From Sphingobacteriia bacterium (GTDB taxonomy: Bacteria; Bacteroidota; Bacteroidia; Bacteroidales; UBA7960), in NCBI GenBank assembly GCA_011390575.1, contig JAABSE010000011.1, forward strand, positions 102-64,101: DNA of 64,000 nucleotides. The letters are read 5' to 3'. Under the pieces are notes generated by a model. That model was given only the letters and a program-made list of their open reading frames with translations. It had not been told where the DNA came from and searched no databases. Each line of letters begins with the position of its first letter. The first letter of the stretch is position 1. Of this stretch, positions 35,837-47,044 are shown in pieces. Made by a program: the position numbers and the translations under genes.

Positions 35837-38800
35837 TTATATTTGCTGTTTTTGCTTTTTTGATTCATCTTCTGCATCAGGTTCTTCTGCTTCGTTGTTG
35901 AAATAAATCAGGGAAGCCCTGTTTTTACCATCCATAATTATTTCCAGGGGTTTGTCAAACCTCACGTGACGGAAATAACGTGTGGTGTTGATGGTTTCGC
36001 ACTCTTCAAGCTTCTCCCAGTTGATGTAATCAATCAAGTCGTTGTGTTTTACTGAAAAGTACCCTACATTCATTGAAATTACATTGTGAAAGAAGTGTGA
36101 TCCCAGCGATGCATCCAGGGGAAAGTCTTCCATGCTTACTTCTACTATGATTTTTGCGTTGGAAATGTGCGACCATGCCACAGGGATTCCAATAAATCTG
36201 TCGCGGGTACCCCAGCGTCCAGGGCCCACGAGGATGTACTTCCTGTTTTCTTCAACCATTTTGCGGTTGAGCATCTCAATTTCGTCACGCATTTTTTCGG
36301 TTTTGAGCTTATCGAATTTTTCGGGATCAATGTAAATTACATCACAGATATCTTCAATGATGCCGTTGCCCATTCCGTTTTCAGAATACAGAAGCAGTCG
36401 TTCGTTGTCGATGACATCAAGATTAATTTCGTTGGTAATGATATTTTTAATCAGGGGCTTGATTTGCAACAGGTAAAACGAGGCCCTGCCTTCCTGATCT
36501 TTGTTCAAATCTACCGCAAATTCAATTTCAATAGGCGAACCCATGGCTTCTGAAACAATATCGAGAATTACCTCAATGGTTTTAGCCATAGGCATATAAT
36601 CATATTTGAGAATATTGGCAAAGTTAATCACCCTGGGCCCGGGCTGGGTTAAACCTGGGATGGTTCTCTCACTGGAATAATCGTAAACCGAAGCAGAATG
36701 TTTGATGGTGCCGTGTTTTTCTGCCTGCGATATTTCAAGTTTGCACAGTGCAGCGTCTTCCCCTTCCAGCAGGTTCATTTTTTTTCGGGCCATATCAATG
36801 GCGTAAAAGTGTAGTTGTGAATTTTTAAACAGATCCTTTGGGGTGTATATTTCCAATTGCGGATGTACCGGCGAAAAACGAAATGTCTTTTCTCCCTCCA
36901 CAACATATTTTCCCAGGCCCACAGCGGCCACAGCAAAACCTTCATCGGGCTTCATGTAGGAAAAAGGGTAGAAATTATAGGACTGTGCCACTCCACTGAT
37001 ATGTGGGTAGAAGTAATTTTCGTAAAGGTTTCCGGCTACCTCCTGAATGATTACAGCCATTTTTTCTTCTTCAATTTTGTAGTTTACCGCCTTGAAGTAA
37101 GATTGTGCTGTGGGGGAAAAGATGGACGCAAATACCAGTTTGATGGCATTCATGGTTTGTTTGAGGCGTTCGTTGGGATCGGGGTGGTTGTTGGGTAGCA
37201 GGAAGGTATCAAAAATGCCGGCAAAGGGTTGCATCAGCGAGTCTTCAAAAAGACTGGAAGAGCGTATGGCCAGCGGCCTGGTAATGAGAGAAAGATAAAC
37301 TTTCAGCCGCTTCACAAGGGTAGGGGATAAGTCACCTTCCACAAAGTGCTCTTTGATGATTTGATAGTCCTGCTCCTCGTATATTTTATCGTATAACTTG
37401 TTTCTCTGGATAAACTGCTCAAACTCTTCGGCACCGATAATGGAAGTTTTGGGAGCTCTGATGTTGATATCGGGTACAATTTCTTTAAAAGAAAAGTTGT
37501 TGATGAGCATATTGATGAAAGCAAGCCCTCTCCCTTTGCCTCCCAGCGAACCGGGTGCCAGGCTAACCACATTGGTTTCATCGAGCAACAGCGATTCTTC
37601 AAAATTTACAACCTTTCCTTTTTGTCGCTCCTGGATGCAACTTTCAATGATGTCAATCATGTATTTTCTTACTGCGCCCGGGCATTCAAAATCTTCCACT
37701 TTGAGCGGCTTAATCTTTTTGGCGATTTGTATTTCTCCCCGTGCCATGAGCCAGTGTGAGAAATGGTTCTTTCGGGCATGGTATATCAATGATTTTTCGG
37801 GTATGGAACGCAGGTGCGACTGAAACTCCTTCATCGAGCGTGCCACCGCAATCTCTTTGCGCCCCTCCTCATCTCTGTATACAAAGTTCCCAAAGCCCAG
37901 GTAATAATTGATAAAACTCTGCAAATCCTGTTTGAGGGTTTCGGAGTTTTTATTGATAAAAGTTGACTTGAGCAGGTAGGCATTTTGAGCATTTTCAATA
38001 TCCGAAGATTGCAACACAACAGGCAGGTCCGGCATTTGATCTCTTACATAGCTCACCAGGCTTAATCCGGCATGCTCATCCAGTTTTCCGTTTTTCTCAA
38101 ACTTTACATCTGATATAAGGCACAAAAGATTTTCTCGGTATTGGTCGAACAAGGTGAGGGCCTCAGCATAATTAGAAGCAAGAATAATCTTGGGCCTGAC
38201 GCGCATCTTCAACAGCTTATGGGTTTCATCGGAATTGACCTCTTCAATGAGTTGCTGGGTTTGCTCTATGACAATGGAGTAAAGAATGGGCAGATACCTT
38301 GAGTAATACTTTGCCGAATCTTCTACCAGCAATATTACTCTCACCATACCTATGCTTATGTCATTCTCTACATTCATGCGGTCTTCGATAAACTTAACCA
38401 TGGCAAGAAAAACGTTGGAATCTCCGTTCCAGACGAAAATTTTGTCAATGGAGCTGATGTTTTTGTTGCCATCTTCAAACATACCAATGTCACTGTTATT
38501 GTTGAGCAGCAAAAAAATCGGGAGGTTGTGGTATATCTGCTTAATGATACGGCTGAGTTGGATAGGGGTGTTTTTATCCACCCCCATCATTACAATGACC
38601 ATGTCAAAGTGCTTTTCCTGCAGTTTTTCCAGGGCTTCTTCGGGGGTGGATACCCCTGTTATGCGCGGTGCAGAAGATAAATTCAGCTGATAATATTCTC
38701 CTCTTACCTGTTCGAAGAACCGCCCTTCCTGTTCAATAATGTATGCGTCATAAAGATTGGCTACCAGGAGGATTTCCCTTACCTTATTGGGCATCAGGTC

Positions 38801-39424
38801 ATGGTAAATATCTCTGTCAGAGTGGTGCTTGATCAGGAATTTTTGCAACAACTGGCGGCTCATGGCTGCGTGTGTCCTTTCCGATTCGGGCTTTTCCTGA
38901 TCTTTCTGCATCGTACTTTTTTGCAGCAAATCTTTTCCGATAAAAGTATTGAGGTAACCCGAAATGAGCGAACTGAGGTTGTTGATCAAATCTCTTTCTT
39001 CCATCAGAAACGGGCCTTCGTCCTGTTGGGTATGTTCTTTCAGATAGAATACCTCAATGGAGCCCTCTTTTCCGTCAATGGTTTCAAAGGATTTTCGCTG
39101 GCACCAGGAGGTTTCCTTGAATTTGGCACTGCTGACAAACGAGTCTTTTCCATATTTGATTCGTGCAATGGCATCATCAGGGTATTGCCATGCAGCCGGA
39201 AGAATTTTGGCTATTTCGCCGAGCATTTCCACAATAGATGCACCTTCACGACGCAGTATATTGGTGGTTTTGTTAATGGCTCCCAGCTCCTTGAGTCTCT
39301 CCCGCTTTTCAGTCAGGATTTTCTCAATCTCTTCCTGGCTTATGGTAAACCGGGTCAGGTCTTGAGGATTAATATCTTTTGAAGTAGAATCTTCTTTGCC
39401 GGGAACAAAAGCACTGTCTTTCAT
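35837..39424 (-). CDS. paralog of the previous gene with an extra N-terminal sensor-like module
   Basis: 1195 aa. N-terminal module ...ILPAAWQYPDDAIARI...EGPFLMEERDLINNL... REC2 motifs are VILLVEDS...LLCLISDVKF...PVVLQSS...FINK. ATP-grasp motifs are GGKGRGLAF, LAIRSSSLFEDSLMQPFAGIFDTF, MAVIIQE, ISGVAQSYNFYP and EIEFAVDLN. The C-terminal domain has GPGRWGTRDRFIGIPVAWSHIS and DASLGSHFFHNVISMNVGYF. Confidence 0.8.
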   Translation of the reverse strand: MKDSAFVPGKEDSTSKDINPQDLTRFTISQEEIEKILTEKRERLKELGAINKTTNILRREGASIVEMLGEIAKILPAAWQYPDDAIARIKYGKDSFVSSAKFKETSWCQRKSFETIDGKEGSIEVFYLKEHTQQDEGPFLMEERDLINNLSSLISGYLNTFIGKDLLQKSTMQKDQEKPESERTHAAMSRQLLQKFLIKHHSDRDIYHDLMPNKVREILLVANLYDAYIIEQEGRFFEQVRGEYYQLNLSSAPRITGVSTPEEALEKLQEKHFDMVIVMMGVDKNTPIQLSRIIKQIYHNLPIFLLLNNNSDIGMFEDGNKNISSIDKIFVWNGDSNVFLAMVKFIEDRMNVENDISIGMVRVILLVEDSAKYYSRYLPILYSIVIEQTQQLIEEVNSDETHKLLKMRVRPKIILASNYAEALTLFDQYRENLLCLISDVKFEKNGKLDEHAGLSLVSYVRDQMPDLPVVLQSSDIENAQNAYLLKSTFINKNSETLKQDLQSFINYYLGFGNFVYRDEEGRKEIAVARSMKEFQSHLRSIPEKSLIYHARKNHFSHWLMARGEIQIAKKIKPLKVEDFECPGAVRKYMIDIIESCIQERQKGKVVNFEESLLLDETNVVSLAPGSLGGKGRGLAFINMLINNFSFKEIVPDINIRAPKTSIIGAEEFEQFIQRNKLYDKIYEEQDYQIIKEHFVEGDLSPTLVKRLKVYLSLITRPLAIRSSSLFEDSLMQPFAGIFDTFLLPNNHPDPNERLKQTMNAIKLVFASIFSPTAQSYFKAVNYKIEEEKMAVIIQEVAGNLYENYFYPHISGVAQSYNFYPFSYMKPDEGFAVAAVGLGKYVVEGEKTFRFSPVHPQLEIYTPKDLFKNSQLHFYAIDMARKKMNLLEGEDAALCKLEISQAEKHGTIKHSASVYDYSSERTIPGLTQPGPRVINFANILKYDYMPMAKTIEVILDIVSEAMGSPIEIEFAVDLNKDQEGRASFYLLQIKPLIKNIITNEINLDVIDNERLLLYSENGMGNGIIEDICDVIYIDPEKFDKLKTEKMRDEIEMLNRKMVEENRKYILVGPGRWGTRDRFIGIPVAWSHISNAKIIVEVSMEDFPLDASLGSHFFHNVISMNVGYFSVKHNDLIDYINWEKLEECETINTTRYFRHVRFDKPLEIIMDGKNRASLIYFNNEAEEPDAEDESKKQKQQI

Positions 39425-39627
39425 GTGTTGATGGGGTTGGTTATTTCAGCTTCCTAAAATAGTAAAACTATGAGATTAGAGGCTCGTTTTCAGAAAAAAA
39501 ACTTTTCTGTTGTTAGAGAGCGGTAATGCAACTAAATTCCATTACTAAAAATATTCCACAAATCCAAGAAAAAAGTAAAAAATATTTGTTTTGATAAAAT
39601 ATAATAAGGGGTTTTGTTTTTACCTAA

Positions 39628-41013
<1,386 letters not shown>

Positions 41014-41035
41014 TAATTCTGTTTTAATAAGGGTG

Positions 41036-41071
41036 AAGGGCACTTCGGTATCATTACCGGGTGCCCTTTTT
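41036..41071 (+). terminator. intrinsic terminator of gdhA
   Basis: Stem aagggcac / gtgccctt (41036-41043 / 41061-41068) followed by TTTT. The 3' arm abuts the stop codon of the convergent trmJ-like gene. Confidence 0.6.
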
Positions 41072-41774
41072 ACTTCACCCGCCCATGATACTTTTTCAGG
41101 TAAAATTTGCAGAAAGAATGGAAAAGGTTGATATCGTCTTTGTTCATGATCATTAATCGCTCCATGATGCGTGTATAGATGATGTTGCCGGGCTGCATTT
41201 CTACATCAGCAAGAATTTGTCTTGCTTTGTCCCTCACTACCGGCAACTCAGATTCAACAGGCATTTGTTCTGTTATGGTTTCGCGGTTCAGGGTGAGTCT
41301 GCTGAGATGAGAAGCGTAAACCATCACGGATTGTGCAAGGTTGAGAGAGGGATATTTACTGTACATGGGTACGGTTGACAATACATGGCACAAAGCCAGT
41401 TGTTCGTTGCTCAAACCCGATTCCTCCCCTCCGAATACAATGGCAACCTGATTTATTGTGTTGCCCTTTGCAGTGATAATCTCTGCCAAATTCTCCACAG
41501 GGTGATAGGTTTCGGCAACATTACGGTTTTTAGCGGTAGAGCCAATGACCAGATCAAAACGGCTGATAGCTTCCTGGAGTGTGTCGAAAACAACTGCACT
41601 TTCAAGAATATCATGAGAGGCATGGGCGGTGGCTCTGGCTCTTTCTCCCAGATGGTTGGCCATGGGAGCAACGAGCAGCAGATGGAAAATCCCCATGGTT
41701 TTGAGGGCACGTGCAGCGGCACCGATATTTTCTTCGCGCGCCGGATTTACCAGCACAAAGGTTAGTTCAGGCAA
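41070..41774 (-). CDS. trmJ: SpoU/TrmH-family tRNA (cytidine/uridine-2'-O)-methyltransferase, TrmJ-like
   Basis: 234 aa, colinear with E. coli TrmJ from memory (...VLVNPAREENIGAAARALKTMG..., ...VIGSTAKNR..., ...VAIVFGGEESGLSNEQLALCH..., ...PSLNLAQSVMVYA...). Confidence 0.75.
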   Translation of the reverse strand: MPELTFVLVNPAREENIGAAARALKTMGIFHLLLVAPMANHLGERARATAHASHDILESAVVFDTLQEAISRFDLVIGSTAKNRNVAETYHPVENLAEIITAKGNTINQVAIVFGGEESGLSNEQLALCHVLSTVPMYSKYPSLNLAQSVMVYASHLSRLTLNRETITEQMPVESELPVVRDKARQILADVEMQPGNIIYTRIMERLMIMNKDDINLFHSFCKFYLKKYHGRVK

Positions 41775-41869
41775 GGTGAAAGCGGTATAAGGTTATGTAT
41801 TTTCCGGATTTGCTCCATAGCAAACGGGTGGGCAAACTTATGCAAACTCTTTTAACCGGCAAATTGTTT

Positions 41870-42604
41870 TCATGAATATCGTTGCATCATTACCTTAAGG
41901 TATCTGTCTCTGATGGCTGTAAGTTGATCCATAGTGAGGTTTTCTCTGTATATACGCACCAGCTCAGTTATCTTTCCTTTTTCCATGAAAGCAGCCCGGG
42001 CAGCATCAAAAAACTGCAGTGTGGTGTCGTGTTTTACCTCTGTGGTCAGGACTTTAAAGTCATCCCAGCTCACATAACGGGGAATGATGAAGTAGGCTCT
42101 GTGGGGACGGTCATTTTCCTTGTAAACCCCTTCAAGTTCCTGCATGGGTGTAAAATGCAGAAACTTGTTCAACTGAATGATTCCCATCTGATTGGTGAGC
42201 TTGCGGGAACTTTTTTTCAACTTAATCCCCATTTCATTAAACATTTCCTGGATGGCATGTATCTGGTTGTAACGTTTGAGGTTATGCATTCTTATTACAT
42301 GGTAATTATCTGTTGCAATGAAAATATTTCCCGGTGTGGCGTCCAGTGCGGGATAACAATTTGATCGGATGGTTTCCAGGGCCCTGAAAATGGTTTCATA
42401 GGGGTAGAACTGATCGAGCACCCAATACAAATGCTCTGGTTTTTCATCTTTGGGTTGATCCGCGTAATATCCATAAAAAGGGGCAACCGCTTCCAGGATC
42501 ATGATGTTCAGGTCCAGATTTTCGTCAGAGATACATGAGAGAGGTTCTTCCTTGGTAATCCAACCGTACCGTTCAATTGCATTCACAGATTTTGTAGTTT
42601 CCAT
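41870..42604 (-). CDS. hypothetical cytosolic protein
   Basis: Clean 244-aa ORF with normal codon composition. I recognise no motif. Confidence 0.55.
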   Translation of the reverse strand: METTKSVNAIERYGWITKEEPLSCISDENLDLNIMILEAVAPFYGYYADQPKDEKPEHLYWVLDQFYPYETIFRALETIRSNCYPALDATPGNIFIATDNYHVIRMHNLKRYNQIHAIQEMFNEMGIKLKKSSRKLTNQMGIIQLNKFLHFTPMQELEGVYKENDRPHRAYFIIPRYVSWDDFKVLTTEVKHDTTLQFFDAARAAFMEKGKITELVRIYRENLTMDQLTAIRDRYLKVMMQRYS

Positions 42605-42820
42605 GTTTAGAGATTTATTAAATATCAGATATGTTAAAGGTAAGCCAATTCTACCGAAAAAACAAGATGAGGGCGCATCAATTATCGGGGAAAAAGCAAG
42701 AATTTATCATATTGGATACAGATGAATGGTTGTGTAACTTTGCTGCCATTCATCTGTAGCCAATGATGATTTTCAGAGTGAACTTCTCTTGTTTTCAGGC
42801 ACCTGTCTTTTCAGGAGAAT

Positions 42821-43630
42821 TTATTGTTGATTATGCAAATGTACATCCATCTGAGGGAATGGAATGTTGATGCCTTCCTTAGCAAAGGTTTTGTAAACCT
42901 TTTCGTTCATATCAAAAAATACACCCCAGAAATCGCCTGAATTGGCCCAGGCTCGTACGGTAATATTTACGCTGCTGTCACCCAGTTCTCCCAGGGCAAT
43001 AAAAGGTTCAGGGTCTTTGAGTATCCGTTCATCTTCCTGCAACAATTTCAGCAGTACTTCTTTGGCCTGATCATAACTGTCGCCATAGGCAATGCCAAAG
43101 GACCAGTCGGCCCTGCGGATGGGCTTAACGGAATAATTGGTCAGCGAATTGGTGGCTAATTCACTGTTGGGAATGATGATTACCACATTTTGAGGCGTTT
43201 TCAGCATAGTGACAAAAATCTGAATTTCTTCTACAGTTCCCGAATGCCCCTGCGCTGTAATAAAATCTCCCACCTTGTAGGGTTTAAAGATCAAAATAAT
43301 GACTCCTCCTGCAAAATTCTGCAAAGTTCCCGATAGTGCCAGGCCAATGGCCAGACCAGCGGCACCCAGAATCGCAATAAATGAGGTTACGGCAATGCCT
43401 ACCATACTCATTACGCTGATGATTAGCAGTATTTTTAGTATAATGGCAATCATACTGGAAAGAAAGCCGCGAAGCGATGGGTCCATTTCCCGTTTTTCGA
43501 ATGCATTTTTAATATACCGGGTAATACTCCCAATTACCCATAAACCTATTATAAGAACTACAATTGCCCCTAATACTTTTGGTCCGTAATTCACCAGAAA
43601 CTCAACAAAGTTTTCTTGTAAGTTTTCCAT
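42821..43630 (-). CDS. MscS-family mechanosensitive channel
   Basis: 269 aa with three N-terminal TM helices, then ...GDFITAQGHSGTVEEIQIFVTMLKTPQNVVIIIPNSEL..., the MscS beta-domain signature. Confidence 0.9.
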   Translation of the reverse strand: MENLQENFVEFLVNYGPKVLGAIVVLIIGLWVIGSITRYIKNAFEKREMDPSLRGFLSSMIAIILKILLIISVMSMVGIAVTSFIAILGAAGLAIGLALSGTLQNFAGGVIILIFKPYKVGDFITAQGHSGTVEEIQIFVTMLKTPQNVVIIIPNSELATNSLTNYSVKPIRRADWSFGIAYGDSYDQAKEVLLKLLQEDERILKDPEPFIALGELGDSSVNITVRAWANSGDFWGVFFDMNEKVYKTFAKEGINIPFPQMDVHLHNQQ

Positions 43631-43715
43631 AATTATAAAACTAGTTGGTTAATACTTCATTTCAATTAAAATAAATTTAAAATTAACAATAAAAATTGTA
43701 ATGCGAAGAGTTGAT

Positions 43716-43747
43716 AAAAAAAAGACTGCCTTGCGACAGTCTTTTTT
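43716..43747 (-). terminator. probable terminator of the TonB-receptor operon
   Basis: Stem aagactg / cagtctt (43722-43728 / 43737-43743). An A-run lies on the left (U-tract on the minus strand) and a T-run on the right. Confidence 0.5.
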
Positions 43748-43790
43748 ACTTTATCAACAGATTTGTGAAGATTATTCAATCCTTGGTTGT

Positions 43791-45500
43791 TTACTCGTCA
43801 GCCACCACACTGATGCGGCTTACCTGCCAGCCTGAGGCTTGTGAGGATGTGCTTATGTATTTGAGTGCAACATGTATAGTCTGTCCGTCGAATTGTGAAA
43901 TATCAATATTTCCGCTTTCAACATAAGTCCAGTTGTCTCCGGGGGGGCGATTGTACCCGGTCAGTTCCACCCAGGTGCCCGAGGCTGTGGGGTCTGATTC
44001 ATCATAGTCATTGGCTACCATAACTTTCAGGTCGTCATAACTGGAAAGGTAATTGATGGCCTCTCTGATGTTTAGAGAAACGTTGGTTTCGCCGCTAAGA
44101 TCAATGGCAGGGGATACCAGCCAGTCTTCATTGGCAATAGCGCCTCCATCAAAACCATTCATATAGGCAGAGCCACCGTCAAAAGTTACATGATTCCATT
44201 CCTGGGGTCCGGTGATGTTGAATGCTGTGAAAGTGCCCAGGTCGGAGTCAAAGTTCTCTTCAAAAACCGTTTGTACCGGGTCGGGATCAGGATCAGGATC
44301 GGGCATTCCTTCCATCCAGAACTGATAGGTGTCGCGCAGGCCGGGTACTCCGAAATACGCTGTAAGGTTACCTCTGAGTTTTACCAACTCTCCCAGGTTT
44401 TCAGGATTATCCACCAGGTTGATGGCATCTCTTACGTCTCCAATGGGTAACTGCACCATAAGCAGGACAGATGTATTGGTTTCATCCGGTGAGTCGGCCA
44501 GCATGATGTTGGAGTTGGTACGGAAGGGAGCGTTGAAATTGTCCTCAAAGGGATCTACATCTGTTTCCCGCACACCTACAATGTAGCCCTGCACCCACAT
44601 GCCTGAACCAGTGTTGTTGCCAATGGCAGCAGCTACGTTGAAGGGAGATTCGAAAGATCCGTCGCCTTCGGGTCCTCCTTCAATTTCGCAACGGGTGCCA
44701 TTCATATCCAGGTCTTCGTATTCGTTGATTACCAGTTGATAATCGTTGACGAATTTGGTTAGGACAGCCTTAATGGTTCCATTGCCCTCCGGGACATCAT
44801 ACGAGGCAAAATCGGCAAAACTGCTGGTTCTTACAATAATGGTATTGCCATCACAGTCGGTAATGGTCCGGTTGGTGGTTTGGTTGGGATTGGCAAATGG
44901 GGTGCCCAGGTTGGCCTCTGTGAATTGAACATTTTCCAGTTGCACCATGGTATAAATGTGATCATCCAGGTTGCCTCCAAGGGAAAGGATCGTGGGCTCA
45001 GGAATCTCACCGCCAGAGATGCGGAAGATATGATCGGGTAATTTGTTGGTTTCAATGCCTCCCAGCCTTAGTCCACCGGAATCATATACGGTACCTCCCA
45101 GCTGCACAATACCGCCGTATGAGCCCAGAATCAAGTCTTGCACTTTGATATACAGTTGCTGTCCCAAAGGGTATTGTTCGTAAAGATCGTTGTCGTTGAT
45201 TTTTAGTTCAATCCCACCGCTATCATCGCTAATGATAATCTGACGGTAAAAATTGCCGCTACGGTCGTTGGCTGCCACCACGGCACCGATGATGAGATCC
45301 TCTTCAATGGTAACAAAATCTTCCGAACCATCATACATTTGCTTAAGTTCAGCAATAGTAGTATTGGGAACCAGGGAGGGGTCGAGGGATTCTAAAGGGG
45401 GAACATCCAGTTCTCTTTCGCATGCTGCAAACAAGGAAACAAAGAATGCTGCCAGAAAGATATAGTGAAATTTACTGTTTTTTATATACATGGTATTCAA
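43791..45500 (-). CDS. surface lipoprotein: OB-like (DUF5689-type) N-terminal modules plus a C-terminal choice-of-anchor-J/MAM-like domain
   Basis: Lipobox (...VSLFAAC). Module ...TIAELKQMYDGSEDFVTIEEDLIIGAVVAANDRSGNFYRQIIISDDSGGIELKI... A (PD)4 linker. The C-terminal domain reads FEENFDSDLGTFTAFNITGPQEWNH...EDWLVSPAIDLSG... The DUF5689 assignment is from memory of the family, not a search. Confidence 0.55.
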   Translation of the reverse strand: MNTMYIKNSKFHYIFLAAFFVSLFAACERELDVPPLESLDPSLVPNTTIAELKQMYDGSEDFVTIEEDLIIGAVVAANDRSGNFYRQIIISDDSGGIELKINDNDLYEQYPLGQQLYIKVQDLILGSYGGIVQLGGTVYDSGGLRLGGIETNKLPDHIFRISGGEIPEPTILSLGGNLDDHIYTMVQLENVQFTEANLGTPFANPNQTTNRTITDCDGNTIIVRTSSFADFASYDVPEGNGTIKAVLTKFVNDYQLVINEYEDLDMNGTRCEIEGGPEGDGSFESPFNVAAAIGNNTGSGMWVQGYIVGVRETDVDPFEDNFNAPFRTNSNIMLADSPDETNTSVLLMVQLPIGDVRDAINLVDNPENLGELVKLRGNLTAYFGVPGLRDTYQFWMEGMPDPDPDPDPVQTVFEENFDSDLGTFTAFNITGPQEWNHVTFDGGSAYMNGFDGGAIANEDWLVSPAIDLSGETNVSLNIREAINYLSSYDDLKVMVANDYDESDPTASGTWVELTGYNRPPGDNWTYVESGNIDISQFDGQTIHVALKYISTSSQASGWQVSRISVVADE

Positions 45501-45513
45501 ATTTAAATGTCAT

Positions 45514-46884
45514 TTACTGCTGGATGTCGTCCAGGTTACGAATATTAATGTTGGGGGTATTATAAATACTTACAATCCCTGTAAGGGTAAAGGTTCCCTG
45601 GGGTATTGGGTCATTGGCAAAGGTTGCATCGTTGCGGGTAAAAAGTGAAATGCTTGCCGTACCATCGTTTAGGGTTCTGTCGCCTGCAAAAGTGGCCCCT
45701 CCCGAAATCGTAGAATTGGGTATGCTCACAAGCTTCGATTCATAAATATCCATATTGTCCAGGATATTTTGAATGGTAGTCACCTCCGGCTCAACGATGA
45801 TATTGGTTTCAGAGAGGCTTGCGTTTCCGACGGGAATATTGTTGATTTGCAGCAGTCCGTTGAATTCAGACAGCTCCAGTGTACCGGCAAAAATTGTGAT
45901 CCGATCCCAGAGGTTAAACTGGTGGTTGTCTTCAAAACGGATAGCAATAGCACCGCTGGCATCCTGAAGGTAGGCGTTTCGTCCGGCAATATTTTCGTTC
46001 ATACGGTCCGAGGTTATTACCCCAACAATGGATTTTCCTGCAGGAATAGATGTAGCTCCATCATTAAAAAGCTGCCTTACTTCAGCCAGGGTGATAACAT
46101 CTTCGTTGTCCTGTTCAGAACATCTGGGCCCTTCCATGTTTACTTCCGAAAGCTCACGGATGTAAAGCTGCCTGTCATTGTTAAATTGCGCAAGTATTCC
46201 TGTAATACTTCCATTCCCTTCAGGTACCAGCGAATCGGCAAAGCTTGCATACCCACTGGTTCTGACAATGATTTCACTGCCATTGCAATCGCGAAGGGTT
46301 TTGTTTTGTGCCAGCAGGTTTTCACTGTCGGCATAGGATGTACCCAGGTCGTTGGGGTGAAATTCCACATTGTTGAGCCTGACCAGTCTGCCCTGCATAG
46401 AAGCATCATTGAGCAGGGTTATGATGTCGGTATCAAAGGGTTCAACAATTACCCCAGTCTTTAGTTTTACAATGTTGTTTCCGGTATGAACCGAATCAAT
46501 TTGCAACATCTCATTAAAAGCATCCAGACGGGTACCCTTCAGATTCACCCTCACCGAGTCTCCCTGATAGAGCCCGCCGGGCGACATCAGGCGCAGGTTA
46601 ATGGCGGCGGTTTCGTCCTGGATAAAGGCATTCCTGTATATATTGCCCGATGAGCCGTCCATGGTAATCACACCATGAATGGAGATATCTTCGGTAAACC
46701 TGATGGCCTGATCGTCATTGTCGGAAAACATCTGACGAACTTCAGCAATGGTTTTGGGTTCTCCCAGGGGTATATCCAGCGGGTCGGGTGTGTCAAAATC
46801 ATAGTTGACACATGCATTCATGATAAGCATGGTGGCCACCAATGTGCCTGCTATCATGGATATTTTCTGAATTGTTTTTTTCAT
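45514..46884 (-). CDS. surface lipoprotein with two tandem OB-like (DUF5689-type) modules
   Basis: Lipobox (...MLIMNAC). Internal duplication: ...TIAEVRQMFSDNDD...ISIHGVITMDGSSGNIYRNAFIQDETAAINLRL... and ...TLAEVRQLFNDGAT...SIVGVITSDRMNENIAGRNAYLQDASGAIAIRF... Confidence 0.5.
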   Translation of the reverse strand: MKKTIQKISMIAGTLVATMLIMNACVNYDFDTPDPLDIPLGEPKTIAEVRQMFSDNDDQAIRFTEDISIHGVITMDGSSGNIYRNAFIQDETAAINLRLMSPGGLYQGDSVRVNLKGTRLDAFNEMLQIDSVHTGNNIVKLKTGVIVEPFDTDIITLLNDASMQGRLVRLNNVEFHPNDLGTSYADSENLLAQNKTLRDCNGSEIIVRTSGYASFADSLVPEGNGSITGILAQFNNDRQLYIRELSEVNMEGPRCSEQDNEDVITLAEVRQLFNDGATSIPAGKSIVGVITSDRMNENIAGRNAYLQDASGAIAIRFEDNHQFNLWDRITIFAGTLELSEFNGLLQINNIPVGNASLSETNIIVEPEVTTIQNILDNMDIYESKLVSIPNSTISGGATFAGDRTLNDGTASISLFTRNDATFANDPIPQGTFTLTGIVSIYNTPNINIRNLDDIQQ

Positions 46885-47044
46885 TATATATGAGTTTTCT
46901 TATTTTCGATTTCTTTTCTTACCAGCATCACCTTTTTCAAAGTTTAAGCAAAACAGTGAATTCTTTTATTGCTGTTTTGCTGCATTGCATAAGACTGGTA
47001 TTCTGCTTTAGTGGTTTACAGTTAATTTCCAGATGTTATTTTTC

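Noticed and set aside
44278-44306. gggtcgggatcaggatcaggatcgggcat tandem repeat
   Set aside because: It lies inside the lipoprotein gene and simply encodes a (Pro-Asp)4 interdomain linker. It is not an independent element.
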